Source: Desulfobacterales bacterium
Lineage (GTDB): Bacteria > Desulfobacterota > Desulfobacteria > Desulfobacterales > JAHEIW01
Direction: 5' to 3'
Assembly: GCA_037388985.1 (NCBI GenBank)
Contig: JARRJQ010000013.1
Coordinates: 2,300 to 38,678, forward strand
Length of the DNA stretch: 36,379 nt
Shown: one piece after another, positions 7,614 to 16,624 of the stretch
Numbering within the stretch: the first letter of the stretch is position 1
Layout: each line of letters starts with the position of its first letter
The notes under the pieces: model-generated
What the model was told of the DNA's origin: nothing
Databases searched by the model: none
Seen by the model: the letters and a program-made list of their open reading frames with translations, nothing else
Program-made: the position numbers and the translations under genes

Positions 7614-8615
7614 CTAAATGATAAATTTTCCAAGAGCGGTATATTTTAACCTGCTTTTCAACATTCCGACCACACCTTCCGGAAACATCACGATAATCAG
7701 AATGATAATCGGCGCAAAAATCAGCAGCTGAAATCCTGGAAGGAAAATGGCCAGATAGTATTTGGAGATGCCATAAATCAATCCGCCGAAGACCGGTCCC
7801 AGCAATGTGCCGGCGCCGCCTAAAAGCACAATAATAATCGCCTCAACGGTATAATGGATTTCAAAGACTTCCGGGGGAAATACATAGGGAGTTTTGAGCG
7901 CCCAGGACGAGGCGCCGATCAAACCGGCGAAACCGGCGCTGGTGATAAAAGCAAAGATTTTGAATTTCGTCACATGAATGCCCATGACCTTGGCGGCATC
8001 TTCATCTTCGCGCAAGGCTGTCAACGCGTAACCGATTTTGCTGCGCATGTAAAACAGCGTAACGAAGGCCGCCAGCGCCGCAATGATCAGCACCATCACA
8101 TCCGCCCAGAAGGTTGACAGCGCGCTGGCGGCTTCCCTGCCTAAAATTTTATTGAGCTGGGCGGTAAATATGATGCCTTCAGAGCCATTCCAGATCCGGG
8201 CACCTTCGATTAGAAAACGAAACCCTTCATTGACGCCGATGGTGGCAATCGCAAAATAAGCGCCCCTGAGCCTCAGCGCCACAGCGCCTACCGCAATGGA
8301 CAGAAGACCGGACATCAGCAAGGCCAGCAAAAATCCGATGGCAATAATGACGAGTCCCGATTCCAGCCTATTGGCCAGACGCGAGATGGACAAGGCCATG
8401 CCGTAAGTGCCGACACCCATAAATGCCACATAACCGAAATCCACATATCCGGTCATGCCCAGGAAAATATTGAACGCCTGTCCCAGCGCACAATAAAAGA
8501 GAAGCATTGCGACAAGCTGCCATACGCCGGAAACATTATTGCCGATCAAAAATAAAATCAAATAAGCCGCATAGACGGGGATCAGCGGGTAGTATTTTTC
8601 AATTTTATTTTTCAT
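7614..8615 (-). CDS. livM: branched-chain amino acid ABC transporter permease LivM
   Basis: 333-aa polytopic membrane protein at the LivM position of the operon. It overlaps livH by 4 nt. Confidence 0.85.
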   Translation of the reverse strand: MKNKIEKYYPLIPVYAAYLILFLIGNNVSGVWQLVAMLLFYCALGQAFNIFLGMTGYVDFGYVAFMGVGTYGMALSISRLANRLESGLVIIAIGFLLALLMSGLLSIAVGAVALRLRGAYFAIATIGVNEGFRFLIEGARIWNGSEGIIFTAQLNKILGREAASALSTFWADVMVLIIAALAAFVTLFYMRSKIGYALTALREDEDAAKVMGIHVTKFKIFAFITSAGFAGLIGASSWALKTPYVFPPEVFEIHYTVEAIIIVLLGGAGTLLGPVFGGLIYGISKYYLAIFLPGFQLLIFAPIIILIIVMFPEGVVGMLKSRLKYTALGKFII

Positions 8616-9499
8616 TTTTTGCTTAAAATTCCGGTGGGTTTAATTAGAAGAATGACTAACAGCATCAAAAACGAGAAAAACCGGGTCAAGGCAAACGGCT
8701 CCACTCCCGGAATCAAGGCAAACAGGGTATAGGTACCATTTTCTAAAAGTCCAAATACCAGTCCGCCGAAGAAAGCCCCGTAAGGTGAAGACAGACCCCC
8801 TAAAACTGCAATCACAAAAGCTTTCAAGGTGTATCCGCCTCCCATGTAGGGATTGATACCCACAGGGATAAACATCGTAACCAGGACTCCGCTGGCCGTC
8901 GTCAGCCCGATTCCCAGTGCGAAGCTCAAGGCATACGCGCCGCCCACATTCACGCCGCAAACCCTGGCCCCTTGGCTGTCTTCCACCACACTGCGCATGG
9001 CAGCTCCTGCCCGGGTTTTGTTGAACCACAGATAAAGAAGCACGGCAATGCAAACGCTGCCGATAGCGGCATACAGTTTTGACATCGGCAAAACGGTTAT
9101 CCCCAGGTTCAGTTTGCCGACGACCCAGTTATACCCGCGGAACTCGGATCCGAAGATGAGCTTAACCAATTCCTCGAGCAAAACCCCGATCGCGAAGGTG
9201 GCCAGCAGGGTGGCGAGCTCGGGCGCTTTGAGCAACCGTTTGATAGCGGTGTAATAAAAAATGAGACCCAGGCCTATGCCGATAACAAAAGCAACCGGAA
9301 TCGCTAGTATAGGATTTAACCCCAACGCATTAAACAGCATAAGCGCCACAAAGGCACCTACCATGATAAAAGCGCCGTGGCCTACATTGACCACCTTCAG
9401 AACACCAAAAATAAGGCTCAAACCCATGGTGGCCATGCCGTACACGGTTCCCAGCACAAGGCCTTGGATCAGATTGCCCATCAGCTGTTCGAAAATCAT
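8612..9499 (-). CDS. livH: branched-chain amino acid ABC transporter permease LivH
   Basis: 295-aa polytopic membrane protein. The N-terminus (QLMGNLIQGLVLGTVYGMATMGLSLIFG) is typical of LivH. Confidence 0.85.
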   Translation of the reverse strand: MIFEQLMGNLIQGLVLGTVYGMATMGLSLIFGVLKVVNVGHGAFIMVGAFVALMLFNALGLNPILAIPVAFVIGIGLGLIFYYTAIKRLLKAPELATLLATFAIGVLLEELVKLIFGSEFRGYNWVVGKLNLGITVLPMSKLYAAIGSVCIAVLLYLWFNKTRAGAAMRSVVEDSQGARVCGVNVGGAYALSFALGIGLTTASGVLVTMFIPVGINPYMGGGYTLKAFVIAVLGGLSSPYGAFFGGLVFGLLENGTYTLFALIPGVEPFALTRFFSFLMLLVILLIKPTGILSKK

Positions 9500-9600
9500 T
9501 CTAGAATATCCTTATGGTCATTCAGAATATTCAATGCCTTTTCTGAATGGAGATATCGCCATCACCGGCGTAATTTTTTGGGTGATGGCGATTATATCCT

Positions 9601-10872
9601 TTATTTTGGAACCGCAACCTTTCCTTTTGCTTTCTCTTCAAAGGTAGGCATCGGATAAACAAGGTCACCGGTCTGGGCTTCCTTAGGCCAGACAATAACG
9701 CGCTTGCCCATTTGCCATTGAACATTTACCATGGAATGCCCAATTTGCATGCCTGTGTCGTCAATAGCCCAGCCACCGTAAAAAGACATAAACGTCAGAT
9801 CGCCCAGGGCCTTTCTGACGGCATCCGAATCAAATGAATTGGCTTTCTCGGCTGCCAGTACATAGGCCAGCACCTGAGCGCCGGCTTCGGCGGCATGATA
9901 ATCCGGAATGATTTCTTTTCCCAATGCTTTCTTAAAAAGGGTCACAAATTCATCCTGGCTGGGGCCGATCCACTGCTTTCCAACCTTTTTAGCATCAGGT
10001 TCTGAATATTTCACACCATATTCCCAGTGGGAAGGACCCATAACGCCCTCGGCCATGCTGGTAAGCGCTTTGTAGAAGGCCGGCAGGGTCGCCGCGGCGA
10101 TCAACGACAGGGCATTGGTGTCGATGTCCAGATCGGCCATCTGGCGGTTGAAGAGCTGCCCGTCTTCAAAATGTCCTCCACCGAGAACAAAGTCAGGGCT
10201 GGTGGCTTTCATGGCCGAAAGCAGCGGGGTCAAATCCGTAACACCTTTAGGGTAAGTGCGCTGAAAGATAATATTAAAACCCAGTTTTTTGGCGTAAGCT
10301 TCGGCCCCCATCATGACCGTTTTGGCAAATTCGTCGTCTTCATAAGCCAAAGCGACATTTTTGGCTTTCGGATCCACAGCCTTGATCATATCGAGGGTAC
10401 CCATGTGATAGCTCGTAGCCGGCCCGATGGTTTGAACAACGTAGCGGAAACCCTGCTGGAAAATCTTGTTGCTGGCTCCGCCATGATCCATATACAGCAT
10501 CTTGTAACTCTCTGCTACCGGCGCGCCACGCAACGTCAGGCCGGAGCTGTAAGGAGCGAAAATCACATTTACCTTATCGGATGTGATCAGGCGCTCAATC
10601 AGGCTGGTGACGCCTTCTTTTTTAGATTCACAGTCGTAATATTTATACTCAATCGGATATTTTTTCCCACCGACGTTTATGCCGCCCCTATTGGTATTGA
10701 CCCAATCGACTACCGCCTTAATTCCACCCAAGGCCTGCTCACCGGCCTTGGCATATTTGCCTGACAGGCAGGCAGGATGACCGATGACGACTTTATCGGC
10801 AGCCGAGGCACCCGTCAGTATCAACCCCATGACACACAAAGTTGAAAAAAAGATTAATGCATGTTTTTTCAT
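9601..10872 (-). CDS. ABC transporter substrate-binding protein (Liv-type periplasmic binding protein) with signal peptide
   Basis: The likely start is ATG at 10872 (MKKHALIFFSTLCVMGLILTGASA), preceded by AAGGAGG. The 10935 start on the ORF track is probably too far upstream. Confidence 0.85.
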   Translation of the reverse strand: MKKHALIFFSTLCVMGLILTGASAADKVVIGHPACLSGKYAKAGEQALGGIKAVVDWVNTNRGGINVGGKKYPIEYKYYDCESKKEGVTSLIERLITSDKVNVIFAPYSSGLTLRGAPVAESYKMLYMDHGGASNKIFQQGFRYVVQTIGPATSYHMGTLDMIKAVDPKAKNVALAYEDDEFAKTVMMGAEAYAKKLGFNIIFQRTYPKGVTDLTPLLSAMKATSPDFVLGGGHFEDGQLFNRQMADLDIDTNALSLIAAATLPAFYKALTSMAEGVMGPSHWEYGVKYSEPDAKKVGKQWIGPSQDEFVTLFKKALGKEIIPDYHAAEAGAQVLAYVLAAEKANSFDSDAVRKALGDLTFMSFYGGWAIDDTGMQIGHSMVNVQWQMGKRVIVWPKEAQTGDLVYPMPTFEEKAKGKVAVPK

Positions 10873-10968
10873 ACCTTTTGCCTCCTTTAAATTAAGGGTT
10901 CGATTCTTCTGTCTATGACCATAATTCATGTTCAACTATTTATCCGGCAATGATAAATGAACCGCCAT

Positions 10969-11044
10969 CGGTTTCTATACAATTGAAATTCAAAGAGTGT
11001 CAACCTATAAAAATCTGAAAAACCTGTCCGGTTTTTATACGATT
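10969..11044 (-). promoter_or_regulatory. Two copies of a 16-nt direct repeat upstream of the liv-type operon (candidate operator or UTR element)
   Basis: CGGTTTCTATACAATT (10969-10984) and CGGTTTTTATACGATT (11029-11044) match at 14 of 16 positions, 60 bp apart. They lie about 100-170 nt upstream of the 10872 start. Confidence 0.25.
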
Positions 11045-11293
11045 AGACTGAAAATAACCCGTGATATCGGCTGCTTAATCATTTCACGACAGGCTTTACC
11101 AAGGCGTTTGCAGGATGGAAATGCTAAAGCACTTAGGCGGATCTCCAGGGGCTTATTTTCTAATTGACTTGATCGGATTAGAGCGGATGCGCTGGTTTTG
11201 CATGGCAAAAAGGCCGTCGCTAGATTTAGGCACCTCGACCCGGCTACCGATGCATGATAGGTAAAATTGGTGGGTGTTTGCCGGGCAGATAAA

Positions 11294-12340
11294 TTATTTA
11301 ACTTGTAATTCCTGTTCGCCTAAAGACAGATCCGGGACAACTTCTACTGATTTTAGCCTAAATTTTTCTTTCAGAATGCTGATATTTTTATTTCCCAGAC
11401 CCCGCATCTTAGATAGGCTGTGCGGATGAACATGAAGCGCAGCTGATTTCCCGATACTTCTCGCAGAATTCAGGGCGGCAACGGCCATATCCAGAAAAAT
11501 CGCAGAATAAACCAGATGCCCGAAGGCGGCGTGATAGGGGCCGGCCAAAATGGTCGAATCTTTTTCAAGATCTTCGGTTGCCTGCAGGCCCATTCGAACG
11601 ACACGAATATTTTCATGCTTGAAAATTCGATAGATATCTTTCACCTCGGCCACTGCCTGTGCAAGGCTCAAAGGTGTATAGCGGCCGTTTTTATACCATT
11701 TTGCGAGGGGGCTGTCGGCCAAAACCACTGTCGGGTAAATACGGATAAAATCCGGCTTCAAACGGGCAACCCGGCGGGCAGAATCGCGCAGTCGTGCCGG
11801 GGTATCGCCCGGCAGGCCGACCATTAATTGCAGACCGATCTCATAGTTTAATTCCTTGAGGCGTTGAATGGCTTTTTCTGTATCTGAGGCGGTGTGACCG
11901 CGCTTTGTCGCCGACAGCACCCGATCATCCATGGATTGAACACCCAGTTCGACGGTTGCGACCGGAAATTTTTTAATCATATTCAGCCGATGGCCGTCGA
12001 TTGTATCTGGCCGGGTCGAAAAACGGATACTGTCGGCACGGCCTGTCCGAACCAATTCGGCAGCCTCGGCCAGCAGTCCCTTCATTTCATCCGATTTAAT
12101 TCCTAAAAAATTTCCGCCGAAAAAAGCAATCTGGACACCATTTCGCCGCTTGCCTTTGTATTTCAAAAACCTTTCGACGTGATCGGAGACCCTGATTTTA
12201 GGTGTCTTAAAACCGACTCCGGTAATCGAAGATTGGTTGCAAAACACGCACCGGTGCGGGCAGCCGGCATGTGGAATAAAAATGGGGATGATAAACGGCT
12301 TTTGTAAGTTGGATATTACTGTCAAATCTTTATCCCGCAA
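11294..12340 (-). CDS. radical SAM protein, ELP3-like family
   Basis: CxxxCxxC motif in PIFIPHAGCPHRCVFCNQ. 348 aa with a TTG start. Confidence 0.8.
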   Translation of the reverse strand: MRDKDLTVISNLQKPFIIPIFIPHAGCPHRCVFCNQSSITGVGFKTPKIRVSDHVERFLKYKGKRRNGVQIAFFGGNFLGIKSDEMKGLLAEAAELVRTGRADSIRFSTRPDTIDGHRLNMIKKFPVATVELGVQSMDDRVLSATKRGHTASDTEKAIQRLKELNYEIGLQLMVGLPGDTPARLRDSARRVARLKPDFIRIYPTVVLADSPLAKWYKNGRYTPLSLAQAVAEVKDIYRIFKHENIRVVRMGLQATEDLEKDSTILAGPYHAAFGHLVYSAIFLDMAVAALNSARSIGKSAALHVHPHSLSKMRGLGNKNISILKEKFRLKSVEVVPDLSLGEQELQVK

Positions 12341-12587
12341 GCTGTTTGAATCGGCGAGCCGATTAGCGCTCCGCGCTTGAGGAGCACTTCGTTCGAGGAT
12401 CAGCCCTTCGGGCGTCTAGGAGCGCCCTGGCGGGCTTTAGGCAATAACCGGAGCCGACCCAGCTGCTATGGTTAATGATCCTTCATACTTCAACCCGTTT
12501 CATCAAATCCCGCAGAAAGCGGGATGCTCTTCAAGTGAAACGCTCCTCAAGCGCAGCGCTCCTCAAATTCCGCCCGAAGTGGGATGG
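12341..12587. repeat. Structured repeat E12, sharing modules with the E1/E13/E16/E31 family
   Basis: Inverted repeat GCGCTCCGCGCTTGAGGAGC (about 12365-12385) against GCTCCTCAAGCGCAGCGCTCC (about 12541-12562). Hairpin ATCCCGCAGAAAGCGGGAT at 12507-12525. The reverse complement contains CTAGACGCCCGAAGGGCTG, similar to CTAATGTCCGAGGGCTG in E31. Confidence 0.45.
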
Positions 12588-13289
12588 TCATTGAGATTCT
12601 TTTTTTAGAATCTCTAACGCCTTGCGGGCCGCATCCTGTTCGGCTGCCTTTTTGTTTTTGCCTTTGCCTTCAGTTTCGATATCAAAGACTTTCACCGTAA
12701 TCCAAAAGGTTTTATCGTGATCCGGGCCCTCCTCACGGACGACCCTGTAATTGGGTATTTCGCCCTGCTTTTCCTGGACACACTCCTGAAGCTGACTTTT
12801 GTAATCATAGCTGTCAGTTGCCGAATAAACCAGATCCAGAAAGGGCACAAAGCTGTTTTCAATTATTTTAAAAGCGGTTTTGAAACCGCTGTCCAGATAA
12901 ACAGCAGCCACCAAAGCTTCAAAAGCGCCTGCTAAAATTGAGTTTTTTTCCCTTCCGTCGGTTTGAATTTCTCCTTTTCCAAGCCGAATAAATGCGCCCA
13001 GATCCAGGGAGCGCGCAATTACGGCCAGCCGGGATTCGTTCACCAAATTGGCCCGGGTTCTTGAAAGGTCCCCCTCCTTTAAGTGCGGATGGCGTTCCAT
13101 TAAAATATGGCCGACAATTAGGTTCAGCACCGCATCTCCTAAAAATTCGAACCGCTCGTTATCCCGCAGGTCTGCATCCGGCTGTTCATTTACATAGGAG
13201 CTGTGTCTTAAAGATTCCTCCAGCAATTCCTTTGAATTAAATTTATAGCCAAGCTTGGTTTCAATCTCTACGTAGTTGGCGTTTTCCAT
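12588..13289 (-). CDS. rnc: ribonuclease III
   Basis: Signature ERFEFLGDAVLNL plus a C-terminal dsRBD (KNKKAAEQDAARKAL). The likely start MENANY at 13289 is preceded by AGGAAGG. Confidence 0.9.
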   Translation of the reverse strand: MENANYVEIETKLGYKFNSKELLEESLRHSSYVNEQPDADLRDNERFEFLGDAVLNLIVGHILMERHPHLKEGDLSRTRANLVNESRLAVIARSLDLGAFIRLGKGEIQTDGREKNSILAGAFEALVAAVYLDSGFKTAFKIIENSFVPFLDLVYSATDSYDYKSQLQECVQEKQGEIPNYRVVREEGPDHDKTFWITVKVFDIETEGKGKNKKAAEQDAARKALEILKKESQ

Positions 13290-13389
13290 AACCCTTCCTA
13301 AAATTAAATGATTTAAATGCCCGCTTGACGGCATGCCTGCAGTTCAGGAAGAGGTGCGGGGCGATGGTTGATCGGCGGCTTAATCGTTA

Positions 13390-13634
13390 GAAGTGGTTTC
13401 AAAACCCCATCTAGCGTCCGATAGCTGCGTTGCAGCCCTCTTCAAATTAGGTGCTCATCCCGCCTCAGGCGGGACTGCGCTTTTTCACTTGTCCCGCCAT
13501 AGCCCCGTAGCTCGCCAAAGGGCGACGGCGGATCGGCCTGCGCTTGCTGAGCACCTTAAATTAGCAAGATTAGATGCGAAGTCCCGCTATCTAGCGGGGC
13601 TCTCGAACGCGATCTGAGACTTTGAAACCACTTC
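13390..13634. mobile_element. MITE-like element E13 (245 bp), E13/E31 subfamily
   Basis: Terminal inverted repeat GAAGTGGTTTCAAA (13390-13403) against TTTGAAACCACTTC (13621-13634). The left end GGTTTCAAAACCCCATCTAGCGTCCGATAGCTGCGTTGCAGCC is about 80% identical to the E31 left end. Internal hairpins lie at 13458-13474 and 13583-13598. Confidence 0.55.
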
Positions 13635-14496
13635 CGGCTAATTCTTCGTATAGTTTATATGGAATAAACAGCGCTCCTTTTCCTGTTCCCATTTCTATTT
13701 TTGGCGTTATTGAACCGTGAAAATCAGTGCCTCCGGTGATTAAAAGATTATATTTATCGGCGAGTTGCCTATAGCGCAGGATTTGTTCGGGCGAATGTTC
13801 CGGGTAATATACTTCTATTCCGCGCATTCCAATTTTTATTAAATTTTGGATGAGCTCCTCCAACTGAAAATCGTCAGTAATGTTTAAAAGAGCCGGATGG
13901 GCCAGTACCGGGACACCTCCAGCGCCCCTGATCATTTTAATGGTTTCTTCACATCCGATGCGATCTTTGTCAATATAGGCGGGCTTGCCGGCTCCTAAAA
14001 ATTTGTCAAATGCTTCATCCATCGATTCCACAAATCCCTTTTTGATCATTACCTGAGCGATATGCGGTCTGCCCAGCTGGCCATGGTCGACGGTTTGATT
14101 GACATCTTCCATCGAGATTTCAAGCCCCAATTCATTCAGCCGTTTTATAATTTTGGGATTGCGATTTTTCCTGGCTTCCCGGAGTCTGTTCAAGGCCTGA
14201 TTTAAGGCTTGATTATCAAGGCGGATACAATATCCCAAAATATGGAAACTGCCAGAACCGGGAAAAAACGGGGGGTGTGCTGCACTGATTTCGACGCCGG
14301 TTAAAAACTTTAAAGAAGAGGGTATGCCAGTTCGGAGAGCCTCTTTAGATCCATATATGGAGTCATGATCTGTTATAGCGATCGCGGCCAGATTAAGCCT
14401 TTGAGCATGGTCGATTATTTCAGCGGGTGTGAAAGAGCCATCTGAGGCAGTTGAATGTATATGAAGATCAATCCCCAGACGATTTTTATAATCCAA
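13591..14496 (-). CDS. PHP-domain phosphoesterase (TrpH/YciV-like)
   Basis: N-terminal DLHIHSTASDGS...AITDHD. TTG start. The last 14 codons and the stop lie inside repeat E13. Confidence 0.8.
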   Translation of the reverse strand: MDYKNRLGIDLHIHSTASDGSFTPAEIIDHAQRLNLAAIAITDHDSIYGSKEALRTGIPSSLKFLTGVEISAAHPPFFPGSGSFHILGYCIRLDNQALNQALNRLREARKNRNPKIIKRLNELGLEISMEDVNQTVDHGQLGRPHIAQVMIKKGFVESMDEAFDKFLGAGKPAYIDKDRIGCEETIKMIRGAGGVPVLAHPALLNITDDFQLEELIQNLIKIGMRGIEVYYPEHSPEQILRYRQLADKYNLLITGGTDFHGSITPKIEMGTGKGALFIPYKLYEELAGSGFKVSDRVREPR

Positions 14497-14830
14497 GAGC
14501 CTTTTCTAATGCCTCCTCTTTGGATTTACAATTAATGCATTGAGTTGTGACCGGCCGGGCCTTTAGCCGTTTTAATGAGATCTCTTCCCCACAGGTTTCG
14601 CAAATTCCGTAAGTATCATTTTCAATGCGGCCAAGCGCTTCTTTAATTTTTTTAATGAGTTTATGTTCTCTATCCCGTATGCGCAGCATAAAATTGCGGT
14701 CAGCTTCTAAGGCGGCACGGTCTGTGGGGTCGGGAAAATTTTCTTTCGGTACCGTCATCCCCGATACCGTATCACCGGCTTGATCCAAAAGCTCTTCCAG
14801 CCAATTGTTGAGTAATTTTTTGTAAAGCAT
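14486..14830 (-). CDS. DksA/TraR-family C4-type zinc-finger protein
   Basis: CETCGEEI...QCINC four-cysteine finger preceded by a coiled-coil region. 114 aa. Confidence 0.8.
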   Translation of the reverse strand: MLYKKLLNNWLEELLDQAGDTVSGMTVPKENFPDPTDRAALEADRNFMLRIRDREHKLIKKIKEALGRIENDTYGICETCGEEISLKRLKARPVTTQCINCKSKEEALEKALGL

Positions 14831-15359
14831 TAATTGTAGATTATCGTTTTTTGTCGAGCAAAATTATCCTGTTCTTCAATGCAACAATATATGACAAGTA
14901 TGGGTTAAATCAATCTTTATGGGGATATCGGCCCCGCAGCCCCATCACTTTAAGCATTTGAGCCGATTATCAGTTTTGTCCCCTATGTACTGATCGGGTC
15001 GCGCTAAATACGCTAAACATTTTATTATATCACAAATTTGCATCCTATCTGCAACTAAAATTCCAACTTCATCCGGACTTGGATAGAAATTATTGCCCTT
15101 TGCGACCAATAAAGGCGGCATAAATCCGCTGCCGTTAAAGGCGACATGTTTTCAATAAATAATGGAAATTCCGAAGGGTTTCTATTAAGTTTGCCACTCA
15201 ATTTGCCGATATCAATTTGTATAAACCGGTTTATTCCGGGAAACTGAATGCCGCTGCCGTCATTTTACTTGTATTGATATCAACATGAGTTGCGGCGCTG
15301 CATTCAATTGCGAAATCAGGCTATGGCCGATTGACCAATCATGAGCTGACGGAAAAATT

Positions 15360-15593
15360 ATGAAAAGTCCAAATTACGGCAGTACTGAATACCGCTCCAT
15401 TACAATCAAAACCACAGATGGTTCAACGATTCACGGCAAGGTAAATCTGGCTTACAAACAAAGAGTTTCGGATTTATTCACAAAATGCACCTCTCCTTTT
15501 TTAATCATGGTTGACGTGATGTCAAAAGACAGCAAGGGCCGGGTCATGTTTGTCAATAAAGAGCACATCGTGTGGGCCGAACCGGAGGAATGA
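15360..15593 (+). CDS. small hypothetical protein (77 aa)
   Basis: ATG-initiated ORF with a weak RBS. Its sequence looks protein-like (IHGKVNL...RVSDLF...FVNKEHIVWAEP). No family recognised. Confidence 0.45.
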   Translation: MKSPNYGSTEYRSITIKTTDGSTIHGKVNLAYKQRVSDLFTKCTSPFLIMVDVMSKDSKGRVMFVNKEHIVWAEPEE

Positions 15594-15667
15594 TCAAGGG
15601 TTAAACCAATTAGGATCGCTCGGGACAGTAATTGCTGATATTCAAATTCGTTTTAGATATAAAGGGT

Positions 15668-16606
15668 TCAGGTGTTTTCCTTGAGAAAACCTTCGAGCTG
15701 CTTCATGTTGCCGACATTGTAAATCTTGGCCGGATAATCATCCGGCAAAATCTTTTTTAGAAGACCAGCGAGGACCTTGCCCGGTCCCACTTCAACAAAA
15801 ATTTCAATATTTTTTTCCATCATTTTTTTCATAGCGGGATACCATTTCACGGGGCTGCAAAGTTGGCGGCCCATAATCGCCCTAATTTCTTCTGCTTCAG
15901 TGGCAACATCACCGGTCACATTTAAAACCACGGATTTTTCGGGAGTGCTAAAATTGATCTCCGCTAAGATTGCCTTGAACTCAGCTTCGGCCCCTTTAAT
16001 CAGTTCACTGTGCCAGGCACCGCTGACTTTCAGCGGTATGGATTTCGCGCCTTTTTCCGCCGCGAGCATGGAGACTTTTTCGACAGGATCGGGGGAGCCG
16101 GTGATTACAATCTGCAGTTCACTGTTATGATTGGCCACCGATACAACACCCTGGGTTTGTACTTTGGCGACAATACCTTCAACCTCATCGATGGGCAGCC
16201 CGACGATGGCATGCATTGATCCCCTGTACTTTAAGGATTCACGATGCATGAGTTGGCCTCTTTTAAACACGAGTTTGATGGTGTCTTGAAGAGAGACAGC
16301 CCCAGCGGCGTTGAGCGCACTGTATTCTCCAAGGCTATGACCCGCGCAAAAATCAAAATCGATTCCCTCTTTTTTCAGAACCGCCAGGCAGGCCAGGTTA
16401 ACGGTCGTAACGGCCGGCTGCAGGTTGACCGTAGCAGTCAATTCTTCCATCGGGCCTTTAAAGCACAGCTTGGCGATATGCATTTTTAGAGTTTCTTCAG
16501 CCATATCGAAAACTTCACGGACTAAATCATATTGCTGATAGAATTCCTCACCCATTCCCACGCTCTGGGATCCCTGACCCGGAAAAAGAAAAACCGTCTT
16601 GCTCAA
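15668..16606 (-). CDS. fabD: malonyl-CoA:ACP transacylase
   Basis: FLFPGQGSQSVGMG and the GHSLGEYSAL active-site motif. TTG start preceded by GGAGGA. Confidence 0.9.
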   Translation of the reverse strand: MSKTVFLFPGQGSQSVGMGEEFYQQYDLVREVFDMAEETLKMHIAKLCFKGPMEELTATVNLQPAVTTVNLACLAVLKKEGIDFDFCAGHSLGEYSALNAAGAVSLQDTIKLVFKRGQLMHRESLKYRGSMHAIVGLPIDEVEGIVAKVQTQGVVSVANHNSELQIVITGSPDPVEKVSMLAAEKGAKSIPLKVSGAWHSELIKGAEAEFKAILAEINFSTPEKSVVLNVTGDVATEAEEIRAIMGRQLCSPVKWYPAMKKMMEKNIEIFVEVGPGKVLAGLLKKILPDDYPAKIYNVGNMKQLEGFLKENT

Positions 16607-16624
16607 AATCTATCCTCCATGTGA

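Noticed and set aside
11190-11215. Sigma-54 promoter (TGGCAC-N5-TTGCA) near TGGCAAAAAGG / TTTTGCATGG upstream of the liv operon
   Set aside because: The GG and GC elements are not at the required 10-nt spacing on either strand, and the orientation relative to the operon is wrong.
11100-11293. Possible degenerate copy of the E13/E31 element (GTAAAATTGGT at about 11258 and AAATCTAGCGACGG on the reverse complement at about 11220)
   Set aside because: The two end-like motifs occur in the wrong relative order for a single element, and the matches are only 11-14 nt. That is too weak to call without a genome-wide model.
13393-13617. 74-aa plus-strand ORF between rnc and the PHP gene
   Set aside because: It lies entirely within repeat element E13 and overlaps the PHP 3' end on the opposite strand. 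Its alanine/arginine-rich translation comes from GC-rich hairpin DNA.
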